NCBI GenBank assembly: GCA_001179505.1
Contig: CDMY01000947.1
Span: 62,001-126,000, forward strand
Length of the DNA stretch: 64,000 nt
Direction of reading: 5' to 3'
DNA from: Vitrella brassicaformis CCMP3155
Taxonomy: Eukaryota; Protista; Chromerida
This document shows positions 58,691-64,000 of the stretch, piece after piece (positions within the stretch are counted from its first letter, which is position 1; each line of letters starts with the position of its first letter). The notes beneath the pieces were generated by a model. The model worked only from the letters and a program-made list of their open reading frames with translations. It did not search any database and had not been told where the DNA came from. Both the position numbers and the translations under genes were made by a program.

Positions 58691-61600
58691 ATGATCTGCC
58701 ACCGGCATATCCTGCCGCTCTTCTATCTTCTTGTCGTCCATGCACAAGGTCGGTCAGGAGACCGTCCAGCCGAATTGAGGCCATTCTCCACAGCTCTTCC
58801 GTCTGTTCCTATTTGCAGGCCAAACGTTAACCAGCGTGTCTACCCTTCTCGCTGCTGCAGCCATTCAGGTGGCAGATTCGCTGATGCATCTATCCATCCG
58901 TTGGTCCATTCGCTGAATCTCTTTCCTGTTCGTTCGTCCATGCAGGGTGACGTACTGTCGGTTCTCTCTCACTTGCCGGCCGCAAACACCAGCCAGACAG
59001 CGTACACCGACTTCGAGTTGGCAGAGGCTCTGTTTCGCGCTGTTGAAGGCAAGGCGCCCCTTGCCACAGCCCGCCTGATCCTGCCTCACGTCGGCAACCT
59101 GAACGTCCTAGATGTGCATGGCAATTCTGTGCTCCACTACGCGGTCAAGTTCAATACGAGCGACATGATGCTCATCAGGCTACTGGTGGGGGCCGTGCCA
59201 TCGCAGCCTGATGGCAAACGTGTGGCCATCAATGGGCGCAACCACAGAGGAAGGACGGCAATGCTTGATGCAGTGGACCTCCCCTCGCACAAACCTCAGG
59301 CGCGAAGCGCTGACATGGTCCAAACACTTGCGGAACTTGGTACGGACACTCGTATACACTGGCACTCATGCACAAGCATTACACGTGCGTCACATTCAGG
59401 GGCGGACTTGGAGCTGGCAGGGCGCGGTCCTCTGACTGGCACTCTTGGGCATATCACCCCATTGATGTTTGCTGCGGACCAGGTGCGCTGCAACTTCCCG
59501 CCTGCGACGGCCTTCCATCTTTCCTTTCTTGCATGTCACGCAGCGCAACGAGGCGGCGTTTGTCCGTTTGCTCGGGCTGGGAGCGGACGTCAACGCGACA
59601 AGGCACGTCCAGGAAGAGCGCAACGGCAAAGTGATCGATAGGCAGCTTCAGCTGAGTGTCCTCATGTTCCTATCGAACTGTAATTGCAAGCCACACGAGA
59701 AGGACTGTCGGCAGCGCGACGAGCGCATGCTCGAGCTGGCGATCACGAAGCACGGAGCTCATGTGTCGTTCATCAGCCAAGACTACCTCAGAAGGACAGT
59801 GTTGCATTTTGCTGCAGAGCGGTGAGAGAATGATCACTCAAGCGAAAAGCCAACTGCGACATTCAGCCAGTGATCTTTCCCATTCGTCCTTTCTAGTGGC
59901 TGTCGTGTGGCTGTGGAGACGCTGTTGCGACATGGAGCCGATCCAAGTATCTCGTCCTCTGACGGACAGACCCCCGCAAATCTCGCGGCCAAAAAGGTGC
60001 GCAACACCGTGGATCTTGCGAATGAAGGCCGTGTTGCGCTCACTTACCGCCCCTGCCTGTCTGCAGGGCCATGCGGAGCTAGCTGCCCTTCTACGCCGGG
60101 CTGAGGGTAGGGAGCTGCGGCACATGAAATGATTCTCGTCTCGCTCTTGCCTTATCCTTTGCAGCGGAGGAGAAGGCCAAGATGCGGCCCTTCGCAATTG
60201 CCTTCGCCACAGCATGTGTCTTCTGGGCCTTGCTCGCATCCTGCGTCTGTGCGATCTTCTACAGACTGACCAGCACCCGCTGTCGTCGTCGCCTGTGGGG
60301 AGTCCTCTCCCATCCCCTCTGGCTGCTCTGGCGAGGCTGTTGTTCCGTCGGACAGCTCGTGACGTACGCCTGTTTGCTCTTCGTCGGGTCGACTCTGCAA
60401 GGGTGCCTGTGGTTCATGTCTCTCGTCGCCTCCCTGGCCCCAAGAGCAGCACAGCACGAACGCCCTGCAGACATCAACCTCGAGGACACATTCAACAGTC
60501 AGCTGAGAAAGGGTACGTATGGCTGGCCTGTCTTTCTTTCTTTCTTTCTTTTCTTGCTTTCTTCCGTGTGTGTGTGTGTGTGTGTGTTAGAGTGTGGTGA
60601 CTCTCAGAACAAGCGTTCCACAAAGAAGCATCGGCGATCGTCGGCGTCCGTCAGAGCGAGAGCTGGTAATGATGATGGTAGGATCGTCGCAGAGCTGGCC
60701 GAGGACGAAACCGAATGCTCCGAATGCACACATGCCAAGTAGGTGAAGAGAAATGGACGAGAATTGTGGACGGCAAAGTGAATGTCCTGTCTCTGTCTGC
60801 CTGCCCGTCTGTCTGTATGTCTGCCTGTGTGCGTGCCTGCAGGTAAAGCTGCTTCAGAAGCTCCAGAAGCGCGAGACAGCTCTCGAGGAGGCGCTCAAGG
60901 GACGACAGAGGTACACACACGATCACAGTCGCTCGGCTGCGTGGACGGATGGAGGCATGGGTGGGCGGATGGGTCTCTCCTTGCTCCTACTTGCCGCTCT
61001 TTTCAGTGCCGAGAAGAAGGGCGAGAGGCTGAGTGCTGCTCTGGAGCGATACAAGGCGGAACTCCACGACCTCAACCACAAGTACACAGGCCGAGTGACG
61101 GCGTGCACACGGATATGCGCTCATTCTTCCTGTGTTTGTGTGTGTAGGTCGTCGATTGAGAAGGAGGCCGTCGCTGCTCTAAAGGATGACCAACAAAGGC
61201 AACACGCACATATATGCAGAGATCGTCCATATATCCACGAACCGGTGTACACGATGCTTCTCTCTCCGTACGTCTCACTGATCAGGCTGAAGGATGAGAA
61301 TGCGCGTGCAGACAACACCATCAAGTCCCTTACGAAAGAAAGAAACAGGTGCGTCACTCAGGATACCTGCGCGCCAGGTGTGTGCTGCGAAGCGTTCTTC
61401 CTTATTTCTTTGCAGATTGGCGACGGACCTGACCAGTATGCAGCGCGAAAAGGACGAGGGCGTCGGCAAACTCCAACAGTACTGAAGAGACACAGGCAGC
61501 GATATCGACATGCACGGTTTTGTCTCTGCCCATGCAGGCTCGAGAAGGCTCAGAACGGCGTGACTCAAGAAGGTCTGGTCAACACACGAGCCGTCAGGTA

Positions 61601-62011
61601 CGTAGGCCTCTGCATGGATGGATGGATGGATGTCTCGTTGTCAATGGTCTTTTGCCCAGTGTGTGTGAGGACCGTGTGCGCGTGGCGGCCACCGAGCGCG
61701 AGGTGCGTGCCATCTCCCAGCAGGCGGCCAGCGGCATCGACCAGCTGTACCGACTCCACAAGGCGTGCCTCGCCAAGCTGTCCGACCTCGAGCAAGACAA
61801 CACCAACACCGACACCACCAAGAGCAGCAGCAAATGTGCGGTGTGTTCTGAGCACAGCCCGTCGGTTGTGTTCAGTCCCTGCAGCCACGCTGTGTGCGGC
61901 TTCTGCTGGGCGAAGGGGGGCAGACAGCAGACCACAGACAGCCCGCCCAAGTGCCCCAAGTGCTGCGCAGACATTGCTTCGCACGCGCTCGTCGAGACGA
62001 AAGAGGGCTGA
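58691..62011 (+). CDS. Signal peptide + ankyrin repeats + TM + coiled coil + C3HC4 RING (receptor-like E3 ligase); multi-exon
   Basis: Signal MICHRHILPLFYLLVVHA; ankyrin GNSVLHYAV, ITPLMFAAD, RTVLHFAAER, GQTPANLAAKK|GH. Intron 60107-60164 joins in frame to EEKAKMRPFAIAF (TM). RING CAVC-x11-CSH-x2-CGFC-x15-CPKC. Confidence 0.72.
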
Positions 62012-62847
62012 CGGAATGCCGTGTGTCTCTTGTATGGCTGCATGGGTGACGTGCGTGTTGTTTGTCGTGTTGTGTACAGAATGCGGAGTAAGTGATAGGT
62101 GCAGTCTTGCACTCGGACAAGCTTCATGCGGACGGGGGAAACGTCTTCGTGTCAGAGGCTCATGGCTGACAGCGTCGGTATGCATTCGATGAATTACCAA
62201 TGGTACTGCAACCGATGAATCGCATCATGCTGGATGAGACCGTGGCTTAACTCTGGCCCTCGTCGAGCTTACATGTATGTGTGTGCCTGGGTGCAGCGGG
62301 TGGGGCATCCTTGTCTTCTCAGTGCGTGCATCTATCATATGGGAGAGGTCATTGCCTTGTCAAGTCCATCGCGTCAGTCAAGTGAGAGGACACACACAGA
62401 TAAATTGGCTGACAGCAATCCGTCCCACTCCAAATCATCTGTCATCTCATGTACAGCTCTCTCGCAGTCAGCCATCCATCCATCCATCCAGCCATCCCCT
62501 GTGCATCGTCACCGCGCTCACTGGCCAGATCTAGCCGCCCTTCCGCAACGGACACCACTCATGAGCTCGCCAACTCATCAAGGGCACCTGCCGCGTCCGG
62601 CAGCCCAACCAGCCAGCAAAGCACGTGGAAACGCACGGCTGGCATACATCAGAGAGTTTTTCCAATCAATCAGCAAGCACTCGTTGTCGCCCCACTGTCT
62701 ACACTCCCCACGTGTGTTCCACTCCTGCCCGATCTATGCCGACGGACGCAGTGGTCGCGCATGTCAGCAAGCAACGACCAGAACCAGAACACACGAAGAG
62801 GATGCACCTCAGCAGAGCAAGCGCCATCGGTAGGGTAGCAACAGCTA

Positions 62848-63267
62848 TCAATACTCGTCGAAAAAATCCCTCAAGCTCTGCAATACAACACACACATCAG
62901 AAGCACAGACATACAGACCGGCCACGCCCCCCACGGCACGGCACCCTCTCCACTCCCTCACCTTTCCGAATGCCAGTGCAATGCCGCCCGTGAAGAGCGC
63001 CGCCCCGAGGATCCCAAACACCTGTGTGTCCGACAGCTTCGCCAGCAGCTCCGTGTTCTCCACCAGATCACTCACAGACATGTCCGTCACCGTCTGCGGC
63101 GTCGAGACGACAGGCTGCCGCAGAATGTTGCTGCTGCGTGACCGAGCCGAGGCAAGCGAGCGGCCGGTGCTGCCAGAGCCGTGGTGCGGGTTGATGACGG
63201 GCTGGAAGGCCGTTGCGTGCGCGATGAAGATCAGCGCGATGACGCAGATGGACAGGAGCTTCTGCAT
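62848..63267 (-). CDS. psaM: Nucleus-encoded photosystem I subunit M (PsaM)-like protein with bipartite plastid-targeting presequence; 2 exons
   Basis: Signal MQKLLSICVIALIFIAHATA-F, Ser/Arg-rich transit-like region, then LSDTQVFGILGAALFTGGIALAFGK|SLRDFFDEY matching the PsaM pattern xSDxQ(V/I)FxAL..AL..G..A..LG..L; intron 62878-62961. Confidence 0.7.
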   Translation of the reverse strand: MQKLLSICVIALIFIAHATAFQPVINPHHGSGSTGRSLASARSRSSNILRQPVVSTPQTVTDMSVSDLVENTELLAKLSDTQVFGILGAALFTGGIALAFGKVREWRGCRAVGGVAGLYVCASDVCVVLQSLRDFFDEY

Positions 63268-63436
63268 GGTGGGAGATCTGGGGCAGAGGGTGGCCTGGCA
63301 AGTGCGTTGGCGCTTTCAGCGGCTTTGAGAGAGTGCGGTTTCCGGACTGCGAGCTTGTGTGCAGATCTGATTGGCCGGCGATCCTTCTCAGAGTTTGAGT
63401 TTGACACACAAGTCGGCGACACCCGGAGCAGCCACG
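63268..63436. promoter_or_regulatory. Putative bidirectional promoter (psaM / GDI)
   Basis: 169 bp between divergent ATGs; inference only. Confidence 0.5.
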
Positions 63437-64000
63437 ATGGACGAAACATATGACGTAAGCAGTGCGAGCGGGACGAGAAAATGGACCGAGAGAGATGCAA
63501 AATGGATGGGGCAGAGAGGATGGGATGTCAAGGATAGATGGATCATGCATACGTGTGCTGTCCTCACCTGTTGCAACGTCGGAAATGCCTACATGCGCAT
63601 TTCCGTGTGTGTGTGTCTGTGCGCAGGTGATAGTGTGCGGGACCGGTCTGAAGGAGTGCATTTTGAGCGGCCTCCTCTCTGTCCATGGTCAGCCAACACA
63701 GATAGATCCGCCCCACAGCAAAGTCACACACACCGGCGCCGTTAAGGAATGCACCCGGGAAAGCCATGCCACCTCTCCGGGCGGCCGTGTGTGTGTGCCA
63801 CAGGCAAGAAGGTTTTGCACGTCGACCGCAACCCCTACTATGGCGGCGACTCGGCCTCACTCAACCTCACCAACCTATACGAGAAATTCAGGGCCGGTGC
63901 GCCATATGCGCAGAACACAAGACCATACACAATGGATCACCATACATGTGGGTGCATGCGTGTGTTATGTGTCTGTGCAGGTGAGAAGCCGCCGCCCGAC
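63437..64000 (+). CDS. GDI: Rab GDP-dissociation inhibitor, 5' part (truncated by window end); multi-exon
   Basis: MDETYD|[20 protein letters not shown]...[28 protein letters not shown]. Confidence 0.95.

Noticed and set aside
60107-60182. Ankyrin and RING regions as two separate genes
   Set aside because: An in-frame intron with strong splice sites explains the 49-nt gap better.

Overview
Intron-rich, GC-rich eukaryotic nuclear DNA with microsatellite-laden introns and four 300-N scaffold gaps. Gene content suggests a photosynthetic alveolate (chromerid, Vitrella-like; inference): a plastid-targeted PsaM-like gene, an oocyst-wall-like Cys-rich protein, the flagellar gene DLEC1 and an alveolate-type HAD protein. 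About 18 spliced loci were reconstructed by hand. They are nicalin, a HAD-family protein, a NEK kinase, a MORN protein, a 4x RRM-like/RS protein, BUB3, PLAA/Doa1, several hypotheticals, a decayed kinase locus, an oocyst-wall-like protein, a TM-WW protein, a TPR-IQ protein, DLEC1, an ankyrin-TM-RING protein, nuclear psaM and Rab GDI (truncated by the window end). Most genes sit in head-to-head pairs. Highlights: (1) three single-pass receptor-like signalling proteins with unusual architectures (signal-ankyrin-TM-coiled-coil-RING E3; signal-ectodomain-TM-NEK kinase; signal-TM-WW); (2) introns with 5' (AC)-rich and 3' (GT)-rich complementary tracts that could pair to bridge splice sites; (3) a protein with four divergent RRM-like repeats, each split by an intron in the same Trp codon; (4) a nuclear, intron-containing psaM; (5) a frameshifted, possibly dual-kinase pseudogene. 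Gene models are manual and not supported by transcript data. No rRNA, tRNA, CRISPR array or clear transposon was recognised.
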